Shown here: one piece after another, positions 12,501 to 24,766 of the stretch
How positions within the stretch are numbered: the stretch's first letter is position 1
How the letters are laid out: every line of letters starts with the position of its first letter
DNA from: Klebsormidium nitens
Lineage: Eukaryota; Plantae; Klebsormidiophyceae
Assembly (NCBI GenBank): GCA_000708835.1
Contig: DF237406.1
Span: 1-64,000 of the forward strand
Reading direction: 5' to 3'
Length of the DNA: 64,000 nucleotides
Program-made: the position numbers and the translations under genes
The notes under the pieces: generated by a model
Database searches by the model: none
What the model was told of the DNA's origin: nothing
Seen by the model: only the letters and a program-made list of their open reading frames with translations

Positions 12501-15500
12501 GAGAGCATATTGACGTCACAGCTTAGAAACGGGGATCTCTATTTGCTTGTTCAGGCATTTCAGAACCAGCCTTTGAAACACAAAGACTTGTAGTACACCT
12601 TCGCGGGACACGGCCTCAGCTTCGAAAAGAAGGCTTCCTTTGACTTTAGGGGACTGCCTCGGGTTTCCCGCTCATGACCTTTGATCAGAAAAACGTACCA
12701 CCCTAGACTCTGCTTGCTTCGACAACTCGGAGGTTCCGCGCTCCTTAGTAACGCTCTAGAGCTTCTTGAACGTGGCTCCTTGCAATGACAAGCAGTGCCA
12801 GACGCGTCAAAGAAACCACTCACACGTGCACGGAACCGTTTCCCAATGCCGCTGCAAGTTGCCCTAGATGTGGCGCCGTTTCCTCTGAGCTCTGCGTGAA
12901 CGCCGACGGTCGTGCGGGCCGCCACTTGAGGTCCCAGACCAAAGAGCCCTCGTGTGCGATGCCGAAGGAGAGGGAAGCGCCGGTGGGAAGAACCGCCTCC
13001 ATAGCGAGGTCCTCGGGACTCTGCGGAGAGGGCAGATAATCATCGGCACGATGCAAGAGCAGGAGCGGAAAGTCGCTGGTTACTACCAAAGTACGAAGTA
13101 TAGGAACTGTGAACAAGCACAAAGCGCAGAGAGGTAACTGGGAGCGGCAAACTACTGCTGTTTGCGTCAAACTTGGCACCGGAGTTCGGATCGAAACGTG
13201 CAATCCTCAATTTTCAGTGGCGATGTCGGTTCTCGATGTTCCCAAAGAGACCCCCCCGGAAGGACAGGGCTTGTCGACTCTGGTCGCTCAATACCAGGAA
13301 CTTCGATCGGTCAGATTACAAAGTAACATTTAGGGGGTCATGTCTGTCAACGATCGGAAACCGCCGACGCGAACCAAGAGCACAAGGACCGCGCACATCG
13401 ATCCGAGTTCGGGTGCCAAGTCTGACGCAAACAGCAATCAAAGGATACCAGAGGCAATGTCAAAGCCTGGGTTGTATGGTCGAAGTTGAACTTGTTAGTG
13501 AAGACGCAAGAGCAAAAAGGCAAGATGCCGCGAAAGCTCTGAGCAAGCAGGACGCGTAAAGAAGGGCAAGACGGGGAGCAGAATTGGTAGTAGTCTTCAA
13601 AGCCTGATTTGTACGTAGGCGTCGCAGATATGTTGGCTAACAAGGACACATGAACTAAGAAGCGGAGAGGGAATATAGGCCTTGCCGCTGATTGAGGGCC
13701 TAACCACAGTTGAAAGACAGAGAACCACTGACGGACTACCACGTCCAGTGACCGTGCGACCTAGTCACTCTCGAAAGAACATGTCGCCTGAATTTCAACC
13801 CAGACCGTGGAGTTCCGATACAACGAAGCCTTAAGCCTCACAAATATTCTCTGAAAACAGCACGAAGCGTAGGAAATATTCGAAATGAGAAGGACTTTCC
13901 CGTTTACGTCGTCGACAACCAACTTCTGTCCACAAAATTCATGCAAAAGGTCGACACTAGCAGTCAAGGGAGCGCAACTTCACCTTTCCGGGCACCCTGT
14001 GTTTGGGACTGGCTCCCTCCTGAATCTTCTGCTTTCCCTTCCGGCTGGCGGCTGCTTTTGCCGCTGGCGGCGCCTCCTCGATCTGCCAGATCTGAACGGT
14101 ACCTTTGCCGTGAAAAGCCTTTCCGCTGGGAATGTTGGAGACATTGGGGGGGTGAACGCCCACCGCAAGAAACTGCAGAGAAAAGGGATTCGGTTTGTTA
14201 GAGATCTTGGTTTGGATGTGGGGGTCTTTAGAGCCCATTTTCCGCGATCCGATATTGCGTAGCCTTCCCAACATTGGCAAATCTGGACGGTACCTTTGCC
14301 ATGAGCCTTTCCGCTTAATTTGTGGAAGATGTTTTGGGGGTGAACACCAGCCGCAAGGAACGGCAGAGAAGGAGGGAGAGTTGCTTGTAAGGAGGAGGAG
14401 ATGACGGTCTTCCAAAAGTACCTCCATTTTTGGGGCAGATCAGAAGATGTGCGTAAGTTTCGGGATCGTCTTTCTTAGTTTCGACACCGCTTTGATTCAT
14501 TAGCAAGCTCACTGGGTTGATAGGGCTTATCAAATGAAAAGGCTACAAAAGGATGGAACCTTGGGCCGTTTTTTCTTCCTTCTCAACTGATGTCTGATCC
14601 CGTTCATAGATCAAGGCCTGCTTTGTAAGAAACTCTTCCTGTCTCTCAACTAGGTGAGAGTACTCTGCGACATTGTCAAAGACTGGAGGCTTCTCCAGGA
14701 TCTGCGACATGTTGGCCCCTGAGCGTTCTCTGAATAAATCCTCCTACATGACTTGTTGGCCACTGCCTGCAACGGCTTCAAAGCCTGGATTTCCGACAGA
14801 CTTCAATTCCTAAAGCCTGCACAGAGGCATCTCGTCAGCAGCTTGCCTTGACGATCTTTCGCTTTGTGTAAATGAGAAGAGAACTCTACTGTCAACAGAT
14901 ACAAAGCCCCTAGTATTAAAACGTCTCCACTTCTCACCTGAGGCCTTGCTTCGTCGCTCGTCGCAATTTCCTCCTGCTCAGGGCACCAGTCCAGGGCCCA
15001 AACAGGGCCTCCAGCATGCACTCCCACGCCGCTGCAGACATGCAACAAAAGCTAATGTGCCAAACAATGGACCTGGCTTTTACAGCAATAGACGGGGCAA
15101 ACTCAGATTGCGTTCTTTTGGCACAATTCGTCGATCCTTACGTTGTTGAGGCAGAGCAAAGAGAAAGTCATTCCTGAATGGTACAACAGGAAGGGCAACA
15201 GAAGAAGAATTTCCGACATTAAAGTCTATCACGATTCTAAATAACCCATGTATGCTGACTGTTAGAGCGAAAGACTGACCTTTGTAAACAGCCCTATATT
15301 CAAAGTACGTCCTGTCCTCTAACTCTCATAGCAGTAGACTGCCTTTGCTATTTCACAATCGTAAGTAAGTCATGGCCTCTGACTTTGAAAGCGACCCGCT
15401 GATCTTTGTAAGGAGAAGCCCTTGGTTAGGTGTTGGTTATGTCCCTGGATTTCAAAGAACTAGCCTAATTTTTGCATTTCATGGTCACCACGATCATAAG

Positions 15501-15694
15501 TCAATCCTGTCCTCTGACTTTCGCAGGAATAGACTGACCTTTGGAAAGAGAAGTCCTCCTCAAAAAGCCTCAAGGTCCCAAACAGCGGAAGGTGCAGAGA
15601 GCGCTGGCTAGTGTCAGCTTTTTGCTGGCCAGGTTCATTTATGCTCAGTAGAGGAGACTGCTGCGCAAGCGCACTGTGATAAGATGCAGGGTCA
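6556..15694 (-). CDS. GTF3C2: TFIIIC WD40 subunit (GTF3C2/Tfc6-like, At1g19485-type); 13 exons resolved, 5'-most exon(s) unresolved between 15695 and ~16500
   Basis: complement(join(6556..7074,7454..7500,7780..7946,8841..8918,9596..9661,10268..10333,10598..10640,11469..11541,12072..12260,12824..13020,13984..14172,14938..15031,15539..15694)). Motifs: HAGGPVWALDWCP, FLAVGVHP..GKGTVQIW, IAHEGSLVWDLKWRP, LGQLAAALGNGSVHVW, LTLEWS..LLLAGCHDGTVVLW, AVKFWDVRDPLQP, LGLDWL..PRCV..SRDDG, FPARKVAVHRVTWN..W.AWGG.AGVVSCQ. Confidence 0.85.
8040..8372 (-). repeat. Two degenerate upstream copies of GTF3C2 exon 7780..7946 (pseudo-exons with AG acceptors)
   Basis: Copy 2 (acceptor ttttcgtag, exon start 8162) reads CVTVSRHDGWYQVYTLDEFGVPLPGGQPPAS then diverges to a stop. 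Copy 3 (acceptor cccctcag, start 8368) has CGA>TGA and a 1-nt insertion. Real exon reads CVTVSRDDGWYQVYTLDGFGVPLPGCQPPVS. Confidence 0.9.
13157..13435. repeat. Intronic ~280-bp fold-back / MITE-like inverted repeat
   Basis: 13157-13194 gctgtttgcgtcaaacttggcaccggagttcggatcga vs reverse complement of 13398-13435 gctgtttgcgtcagacttggcacccgaactcggatcga (34/38). Weaker pairing continues inward. No clear TSD. Confidence 0.8.
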
Positions 15695-16572
15695 CTGCAA
15701 GCCAAGCATTAACAAAAGAGGTCAGGCTTTTGAGGAATCATGCAAGTTAATGCTTTTATAATATTCTCAAAACCTCTTGTGACTCCAGGTTAGCACTTCT
15801 CAAGCCCCCAACTTCGCTTTCTGGCTTTGTATAATCATTTGATGCTTTTGACAATTCTGTTTTCCTTCTGAAGTCCAAGTTAGCGCTTTAAAAGCCTGCA
15901 AATCTTCCTTTCCTCGTTTAATGTAAACATCTGTAAGCATCGTAAAAGATGCTGATGGCACACTCTTAGCTGTGTACACCGCTATCGTCACAATTCCTGA
16001 TGCATGCTACAGCTTATGCTGTCCGCGCACCTAAGATCAAACTCACAGTCACAAATTCACCCCCCCAAGAGAATGACGCCTAGAAGGTGCCAAAATGGCT
16101 TGCACGAGATAGGCGTCAATGATTTTATCTGTTTGACACCTTTAAGGCACCAACTGTGCCTTGATAACTGAAGGACACACACTTGGTACGTTCAATTTGG
16201 TGAAAGATTATTTCGGCGTTGTGTGCTGATATGATCATTGCAGGAAGCATAACGCAACAAAACTCTGGCACGAGCATGGGTAGTACCTCCAGGGGGGCGA
16301 CTCTGTGTTTCAATGTGATGTCCATCTTTTGGTTCGGTTATAGAATTCAAGCCCCAGCTAAGTTCAGATGTTCTGTATTGCAAGTGGAACCTTATTCAAG
16401 AGCTGATTCATTGAACATAGCCAAAACAATTCTTACGTTTGTCTATGCAACAACAGCTTGCGAACAACCACAGCTTGCACATTTGTCAAGGTAGTCAACT
16501 CACTTCACAATGATACTTCTCTCCCTTGCTTCCATTGTGGAGCTCAATTTCTGGGGTGGTGCAACGCTGGCC

Positions 16573-16735
16573 TCACTTCCTACACGTCGTGACCTGTTCT
16601 TCGGCTCTTTGATCCTCTCTTTTAGCAAGACGCCCAAAGCTCTATGACAGTACATAGAATGACTTCGGAGCCAGTGTTACAAAAACTCCCATCACCAGAG
16701 AGTGCTGCAGCACCATCGCCAAGGGAACCAGTCAT
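16573..16735 (-). pseudogene. Decayed paralog of the 53-aa ORF at 24767-24928
   Basis: gcagcactctctggtgatgggagtttttgtaacactg ~ gcagcattttgcggtgatgggggtgttttcaactctg, and gatcaaagagccgaagaacaggtcacg ~ gatcaaagagcttagagaacaggtcaag. In the homologous frame it reads LQHSLVMGVFVTLAPKSFYVLS*, with indels and a premature stop. Confidence 0.75.
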
Positions 16736-18690
16736 TCGTCCTTTTGACCAGCTGATCCTGGCCAAATTGACAAATTGCAGCTACTAAGCTGCGCCGCTAG
16801 CCTGGATTTGCCCAAGGAACAAGGGACCACCATTGAACTTGAAGTCTGAAGATGCAACTGGATTTTTTTTGTGATATAACCATCTGGTCACAAGCATCTC
16901 ATCAAAGAGGAGGTAGCTGAATGGCATAAAGATGCAACTGGATGCAACTTCAAAGTTCAATTCAAGTTCATGCAAGTTCTGAATCTTTGTCAAGGGACCA
17001 CCTCAAGATGTTCAACAATGGGGTTTGAAATGGGGTTTCCAACTCAAACCCCTGTTTATCCAGTCCCTTGTAAAGGATGCATAGTCAGAAGCGACTTAGC
17101 AAGCAGAGCAAAGGCTATACAGTCGCCAAAAGATGACATCACCGGATATCCACGTGGTTTTGTCTTGGCGACCATGCACCGCTTTTCGCTAATCTCTCAG
17201 TCGCTGTATGCGCATGCATCCGCTAACGCCTTCTTTAACCCAGACTTTAGGAGTCAGCAGGCTCACTGACAGCTTTGCACTTGAGAGTGAGTTCGGGAAC
17301 TTTTGCCAGGCTTGGCAAGTCCATTCTGCACATTGCGCTCCTGCAACGTTCCATCTGGTTCTCAGCTTCTTTCAAAGACTCCCACCAATCCTGGTGAGTT
17401 CGTTCTCTTGCGCCTCAATCGTCTTTGTTTCCTGCATTTGTGCGTAACGGACTCCCGCGCTTTTGTGACTCGATTCTGATTTGCAAGCTTCAAGATTGAT
17501 TTATCTTCTGCTTGATATGGGCAAGAGCCACACACGCACATTCACAAAGAGGCGTTTGAACAACAGGGTGTGTCTGAGAGGCTGGTTTGGGATTGACAAT
17601 TGTTTGGAAGATTGGAGTAGCTTCATTCAAGCCAGATTAACAGATTGTGTTGCCATGCTGACGGTGCTCGCACTCTGATTCAGACCTTAGCAGGATAAGA
17701 GCATCAGACGTCATCTTTTGTACATTAGGGACATGAGGGAATTCTCAAATTTCCTTCAAATAGGCTTCTTAAGCGTTTGCAGCATCTTCTGGGCAGATCA
17801 TGTCCACAAAGTGCACGGAATATTGCTTAGCCGTGCCTGTCCGGAGGGTGTCAGTCCCATCTTCTCTTTTCTGTGCATTGGTTTCTGTCTTCTAATTTTG
17901 CATACGTTCTCTTCTTGCACAACTCCTAGTATCATTGATGTCAATTGTCGAATGTTGTTCATTGTGCAGACAAGCTCCCTTTTGGAAAGCGCGCTCATCA
18001 CTTCGGACACGTTCGTTGAGGATCATAAGCCGGCAGGTCTGTCGCCCGTCCTTTTCCAACTTTTGACTACCTATCAACATTCCTCTTCTTTGGGAGTACC
18101 TCTCTGTTCTGGACTTCCAAGATCAACTGCTCTGTCCATGCACTTCCTCATCTGGCAGCTGTGGCCAAATTCTTGCAGACGGCATTCCTTGACTACCAAT
18201 AGAGATCTGTCACAGGGACAAAGATTGTGCTGATTACTGTGATTTTTGCCCACCCCTGCTATGACAAGTGAGCATGTAACCACCGTGGAGAGAATTGTAT
18301 TAGGGAGCTACTGCTGTTCAGTCCAATAGCCTCCACTCTTCTCAAAAGCAGGCAGCGCCAACCTTTGATTGAGAGCGCTCTCTTTCCTTCCCTTTTCCCC
18401 TCTGGCTGTGGCTCTGTTGCCTCTGAAAAAGGTGGTCGACTAGAAAGCGACTTGTACATGTGCAGGAAGGTCGTGCTTTCCGCCCTCACTCTGTTCTCTC
18501 CTGCTTGTGTACCAAGCTTCCGAAGCAAATTTTCTTATCATAAGCGGAGGCAGGCAAAAGGCGCTCCAAGCATCTTGCAGCAGCCTTGAATCTCCAGATC
18601 TCCAGATTGAGTTTCTTCTACGTGATTGACAGGTTGTCCCACAGTCTGAGGTAGCCATCGTGTCGTGGTGCCGACTCAAGCCAGTGGAGG

Positions 18691-21571
18691 ATGGCATCAT
18701 GCCTGGCAGCCTCGTCCGCTCGCAGTGCGCTCCTCGTGGGGCAATCTAGCAGGGCACCGAGCACTGAGAATGTCGAGCGCGGTAAGTATTTTCCTGCACA
18801 TTCGCAGTGGCCCCATGAATGCCACCAAGAAAGGCAAGAATATTTTGACACCAGTGAAGATTGCAGGCGTCATGATTGCATAATGAAGGAAGAGGTTATG
18901 AGTTGAGGCAAACATGTGACTGCCGGCTGCTTTAGGGACGTCCTCCAATGAGCAGAATTCACACCTGGATGATGGGGTGGTTCCCTTTAGACTTATTGTT
19001 GGGTTTTGATTCAAGCACCTGTTAATGCATCATCAAAAGTGCGCCAATGTGTGTGTGTATCGCTGCAAGCCCAGTAGAAGCCCCTCCTCTAACTGGAACG
19101 GAAGCCTAAGCGTCTGCTTGATTGCTGACGCACTCGCTTACGGCTGCTCTTGTTGAAGAAATGCTGCAAGGCATGCTTGAGCAAACTAGCGGCATGACAT
19201 GCCTATTCGTGCAGTGCCGTGTTGTCTGATCTGCTCCAGCCTGCTGCGCGTGTGCCGGGGTGGATCTCAACTCCAGCATATTGACCAACTTTGATCCCAT
19301 CAATGAGCCCGATGTATCCTGCCTCTTTTGGGGGGCATTTCTTTTTCAAAAGACCACTGAATCTATATCCAACGACTTACGTAGCTTCTCTTGTAATAAT
19401 CATTCGTTCCAAGTCCCAATGTAGGTCACAAGAACTTTCTGATTGCATGGGGTGGCTCAACTTGAGACCTACTGTTGCCCCCCCGCTGCCCTTAGCGAGC
19501 GGCATTCTTATTACTTGCGGCGACTCATGCATTAAATCTCGCTCTTTGCTGCAGGTCTGCTGTTCTGCAATTGCCGGTCAGTTCTCGGGCCGGTCGGCTC
19601 CTCTGCCCCTGCTTCTTCCAGGCTCCAAATTGGCGGTCATCGTGTAGGCGGAGGACCGTTGTACCAAAATGCACAGAGGACGAGAAAGAGCATCGTACGA
19701 GCGGAAGCTGTGTAAGGCCGATCTTCTTTTGGTTTCCACTTCTTAGACTCCCTTCTGCCAGAATCGGGTTTTGACTTTCTTCACTGCGTACGTTGTTCGG
19801 CCAAGTCAAGATGCCTCACCGAATCTTAGCTTGCTGAAACCGTGCTGCACCGTTAGAGCGCATGTGAACTAGTATGCTGTTTTAGTAAAAGTTGCACAGA
19901 AAGCGGACGCTTTAGGATGTTCGAGCGAGAAATGAAGTGAGTTCCATAGATGGTGAAAGGCATGGTGTTCTCTGCTCTTTCATGCACGAGCGATTTCTGA
20001 TGTACATAACAATGTCCTGCTTCTGCGACACCTCGAACCATTGGTAATACCTCATACCCCCTGCCAGCTACCGCACCGTGGCTGTGCAAAGCGAACCCTT
20101 GATCTCATATTGTGTTGCGTGATGTGCAGAGACAAGCCCTCTGGTGGCAGCGGCAAGTTTCTGACCGGTTTCCTTATTGGGGGGGTTGTCCTGGGAGTGC
20201 TAGGCTTCTTCTTTGCCCCTCAGGTGAGCCTTGCATCCACCAAGCTCTTGTGGCTTCTGGCTGCTTAAAGCAGGCGTCGGTCCCAAGGTTCACTTGTGCA
20301 TCTGAACCGCCAGGGGAAAAGATCATCCAACGGCTCCGCTTCCTCTTTAAAATTGGCCTTCGGCGACCAAGCTAGCCCCAAGGGCCAATGTTTGGTTGGC
20401 CCGGGGGGCACCTATTTGGGTGATAGGTGCCAACGCCCTGTTTAAAATGGAGTGATCCGTACCTCGTTCCTCTTGATGCCGACGCTCTTGATTTTTGCAG
20501 TCGGTGTGAGCAGAGTTGGCGTGTAATGGTTGCATAATTTTTGGTAGCCCACCGAAGTTCTGTGATCATTGTACAGATTTCGAAGACGCTGCTGGGGGAG
20601 AATGAGGACGGCAGCCCTCGGCGGTTACCGCGCTGGTTGGACGAGGAGGATAGCCTCGAGGTAAGGAACTCATAATCCTTTCAAACGCTTACATTCAAAA
20701 TCAAGTCAAATTAAGGATGAACTTAACACAATCATCCATTCAATGGTACATTCATGATTTGCGTAAGTCAAAATAAGACCGAAGCTAACACCAAAATCCT
20801 AAACTTTCTAATGTTTACCTGCTCCCCACCTGTGCCCACCCTAAAGCCCCCACTAGCCCCACCCGTTCGAGGCACAATGTGTCATTGAAGCTTGAGCTTT
20901 TTGATATCAGTCTAGAGACCGGAGAGGAACACTTGCCAGTACTCGTGCAAAAAGGATTGCACGAATCACTAGGGACACAAACAGTGCGACTGCTCAATGC
21001 ACCCTTGTAAAACATGTACGGGAAACTAGCAGGCGGAGCGCAAAAGTGTGCATTGGTCAGGATCGCAGCCCTACCGTCCTGTCGACCGTAAGGATTCCAC
21101 TCTGCAAGATTGAGCCAGGGGGTCGCGAAGTTCGGAGAGACCGCAGTTAACCGAGCACAAATGTGGGAGCGTTCATTTGTTGACTCGGAAAGCTTTTGAC
21201 GGCAGCGGTCTTAGTCTTGGACGTCCCCAGCTATTCTGTCTTTCTGCGGCCCGCCGGCCAGGACCACATAAGGGGGCAACCGCTGAGTGCACCCTTGTAA
21301 TGAGTGGGCGTGCTTTCGAGCCCCTGCCGCTCTAAGATGGTGGCAATTTGTACCCGTTTAGCCTAGACTTCGCAATGATCGTTACACCCTTTCCAAACTC
21401 GCTTTACAACGACATGACCAGATGGGCAGTCACGGATCCTCCCACAATGTGCAGGCCACACGCCGGAGCCTGAATGAGAAGATTGCCCAACTGAACGCCG
21501 CGATCGACGATGTCTCTGCTCAGCTTCGGGCGGACGAAACAGCTGACGAAGAATTGGAGACGAGCCTTTAA
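18691..21571 (+). CDS. Chloroplast inner-envelope protein, At1g42960-like (YtxH-like TM + coiled coil), 5 exons, 180 aa
   Basis: join(18691..18781,19555..19711,20130..20223,20577..20660,21455..21571). Ser/Ala/Arg-rich transit-like N-terminus ending VRAEA; GKFLTGFLIGGVVLGVLGFFFAPQISK; RRLPRWLDEEDSLEATRRSLNEKIAQLNAAIDDVSAQLR matches the remembered At1g42960 motif (YAPQISK...LAEKIAQLNSAIDDVSSQLK). Confidence 0.8.
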
Positions 21572-22419
21572 GATGCCCGGTGAATGGTCCACCATGCAAT
21601 CATTCACATTGCAAGGTGAAGGTCCGTTTGTTCCCATGTGACTGGTCCTCCTTTGCATAGCCGCGTAGGGAGCTTGGAGACATGTACCGGACGAAGAACC
21701 TTGAGATCCTGCTTCGCTCGTCTGGTAGGACACGGCAGTAGAAAAAGTTTCTAGTATCCGACTTGAACGCTTATAGGAGCAGTGGATTGTCCGCCTGGGT
21801 CATCTCGGCACCGTCCATGCAAATACTATACAAATGTGTAGAAGTGCGGCATGGTCACGATCACTCTTAAGTCACAACAACCGAACGGTGCATGCCATAA
21901 ATTTTGATGGCAAGTAGTACTGAAACCGATCCTATTGATCTGGCAGCACCCATGATTGAAAGGAATGGGCGGCCACAGCCACGGTGTGTATATATGAGTC
22001 ATGGGCCATTGTCGGACTCATGTTATCATGCTTCTTAGTTTCAGGATTGCTTTTTCATGATCGATACTAACATGACGGATGATGACTCGAATTGAATGAC
22101 TTAATTTGAACATAGCTTCGCATCATTGCCAGGTGCACGCTGTGTATGCCGCATGAAACGTATACAAAATCGATCGAATGGAGCGTGGACATCAATAAGT
22201 TCCACGCAACGCGCTTCCTAGCTAATTAACGCGATATTAAACTTCTAGAATTAGACGGGCTAGCTAAGCGAGTTCTAGTGACAGTAATGCAGTGACGTGC
22301 AATGACCTCAACTGCCCGGCGGCGAGCGCAACATGCTGGGCCCAGCCAACCAACATGCACCGTCTAGGTGACCGTACCAACGTATCTTCGCTAGATGCAA
22401 TGATGGTATACTGAGAGCT

Positions 22420-24125
22420 AAGTTATGTCCGTTTAGACGGCCTTGTCCCATCTTGAGTCGTGGTTCGTACCACTCAAACCGAACCCTGTGACGAGAGACT
22501 CGGTGAGTTGTCCTAGCTCAAGTGAGCCAGGGTCAGTAACAACCCGTTCAGGCTTCTTGTTTGGATCCTGATTAGGTACCCGATGAACTGCTACTTGCTA
22601 AGATGGAAATGGCAATGCTTCGCTTTGTTAGCTCCCTTTCCCGTCGAGGTATTTCGGTCAGTAGCCCTACTGGCACCGACAAACTGAACAGGCTGCTTCT
22701 CAAGTGGCATCCGCCGGTTTTTTGTATCCCTCTATTTGAAAATTGATGATCGCGTGGCATGGGGCTAAAGTCCTCGGAACGATTCCGTATCCGGCTCGAA
22801 TACTGAATCTAATACGAATATTGCCACTTTCTTAGGAAGGGCCTTGTTCACTTTCTTTCTAGTGGCGAATGTGTCGTTTGCCGCGCTCAATGGCAGCCGC
22901 ATGAGGCCTCTCATGCGGCTGCGGTCGTCCCCCGCTGCGAGCGCCGCGCAACACTATATGAGCTGAAGGTCACGGTTCGAACCGTGGCCTGTTGACCCCC
23001 AGCCACGTGTCAGCTGCAGAGAGGCACGTTACAGGGTTTGGCGGAAAGCAGAGAGTGTTGGTGGTCACTCTTGCATCTTTCAATGAGGGCGACCCCTGTT
23101 TTATAGCACGTCAACTTCGTACTCAGGCCGATTTGACAGCGGCGCTACTTGTCGCAGTGACTGCAAAGTAAAGTCTTAGTCATCAAGCAGAACACTTGAT
23201 GACTGTAACACCCGCAAGCAATTCAGGTCCTCGAGATGCATAAAAAGGTACTGAACGTACACGGCCCCGTTCAAAAACTTTTCCAAGGTCCTCAAGGTCA
23301 CGTCACAAGGATGCAACCAGGTCTTTTACAAGGACTCTCAAGTCTTCCCATACCTCAGCAATTTAGGGGGTTACAATTATGCGGCAGTCTCAAATCTAAA
23401 TGACGAGATTTTGGAACCCTGATCGTTCTGCTGGCGGATAGGGACATCATATCTTAGAAAGGTTTGACAGACGACGCACAGATTAGCAAGTCGGCGGCCG
23501 GCTTGAAAGTGAATGGGGAATCAATCTGTCAACACTTGTGCTCCTTACAATGGGCAGGATGCCACTCGTGAAGAGTACAACCACCTCTTGTGACTTGCGT
23601 CCGACGAAATCAAAAGCAAGGAAGCAACTACTAGAATCGGAACACGTCGTTCACCTGTAGACAACCATCGCCCGCCCCCCTTGAGCGCTACGTCCCTCAG
23701 CTCTCAGATGTGAGCGGGCGTCAACCAGTTGCCGGTAATTGGCAGCTCGGCACCAGCACTTTAAGGCCATCCGTCAGTAAACTCGCTATCAGCCGTGTCT
23801 CGGAACAACGCCAAGCACCTACTTCGAATTTCGAGGGGTGTTGTAAACCTGCTCTTCGAGTTGATTTCGAAACACGAATCAAAAGCACCCCTGCCGAAGG
23901 TGAACCCGTCCAGTGTGAAGCCTTGGTACCAGCTGGAGAAAGCTGAAGGGCAAACCATGCTGTTCTAGTGTATGACACATGATAACAAAATCAATGAAGC
24001 CTTTTGATAAAGCCCCACAGTGCCGAACAGCAAAACAGCAAAATTTTGCAGGGACCGCTGGCTAGTACCGCTGGCCTGATCCGTCCACCATCAGCAGAGG
24101 CAACTGCTGGGTCACTGCAAGCATC
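22420..24125 (-). pseudogene. Internally deleted, decayed genomic duplicate of the GTF3C2-like gene
   Basis: ~22420-23015 ~ terminal exon 6556-7077 (e.g. cggttcgaaccgtg, cccagccacgtgtca, agcagcctgtt.ag.ttgtcggt; frameshift and stops). ~23650-23825 ~ exon 7780-7946 with its donor (acaggtgaa). ~24000-24123 ~ exon 15539-15700 (cgctggctagt, gggtcactgcaagc). Confidence 0.8.
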
Positions 24126-24766
24126 AACGAGGGGGGTGGGGCTTCATACCAGACCAGTTTTTCACAAGGCAGATACCGTTCACTATTCTTCTCTGTTCTT
24201 GCCTCCGTCCCAGTCCTACTTCTGGGTTTATGTTGTAGACATTAGCACCATCTCCAGAACTGCTTCTCACTGTTTGCACCACTATCATCGCAGGTCCTGG
24301 TGTACCGCAGGTGGTTTAATCGATGTGTGCGGGCATTCAGGGTTAGACTCACAGTCTGATCATGGTGTCAATCCAGAATGTTTTGATCAAACCACAACAG
24401 TGTCCGGGTGAGATTTGATGCAAGCAAGTTGCTGTTGAGGTAGCCACTCTACCAAAAGTAGCCAGATTCTTTTGTGAGCAGGGCGATCTTTCCATCGTAC
24501 AACCACCTCAATATGATCGGATAATTGTTTCAAAGACACCCTACATTGAGATCTGTGAAAGAAGATCAAACATTGACAAAAGACTCACCAATCCTTCCAG
24601 CGCCTGGCGCTCCGGGGGGCCTGCTTTTGGCACCACGCTCAAGGCTTGCTAATGCTCAAGGCTTGCATGTTTGTCGGAGCTGTCATCTCAGCCGACAAGA
24701 CCCTTCTCGCTCCCCCAATTCCATCTTGACATGCAAATGTTTACTGTTGAGTGGTGCAATGCTGGC

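Noticed and set aside
17265-17392. Apparent minus-strand exon DWWESLKEAENQMERC... with AG/GT
   Set aside because: No phase-compatible neighbouring exons or recognisable family; lies in or next to the decayed duplicated block.
18618-18851. Protein-like minus-strand ORF (ALRADEAARHDAILHWLE...)
   Set aside because: Antisense shadow of At1g42960-like exon 1, which has a proper ATG, donor and downstream phase match.
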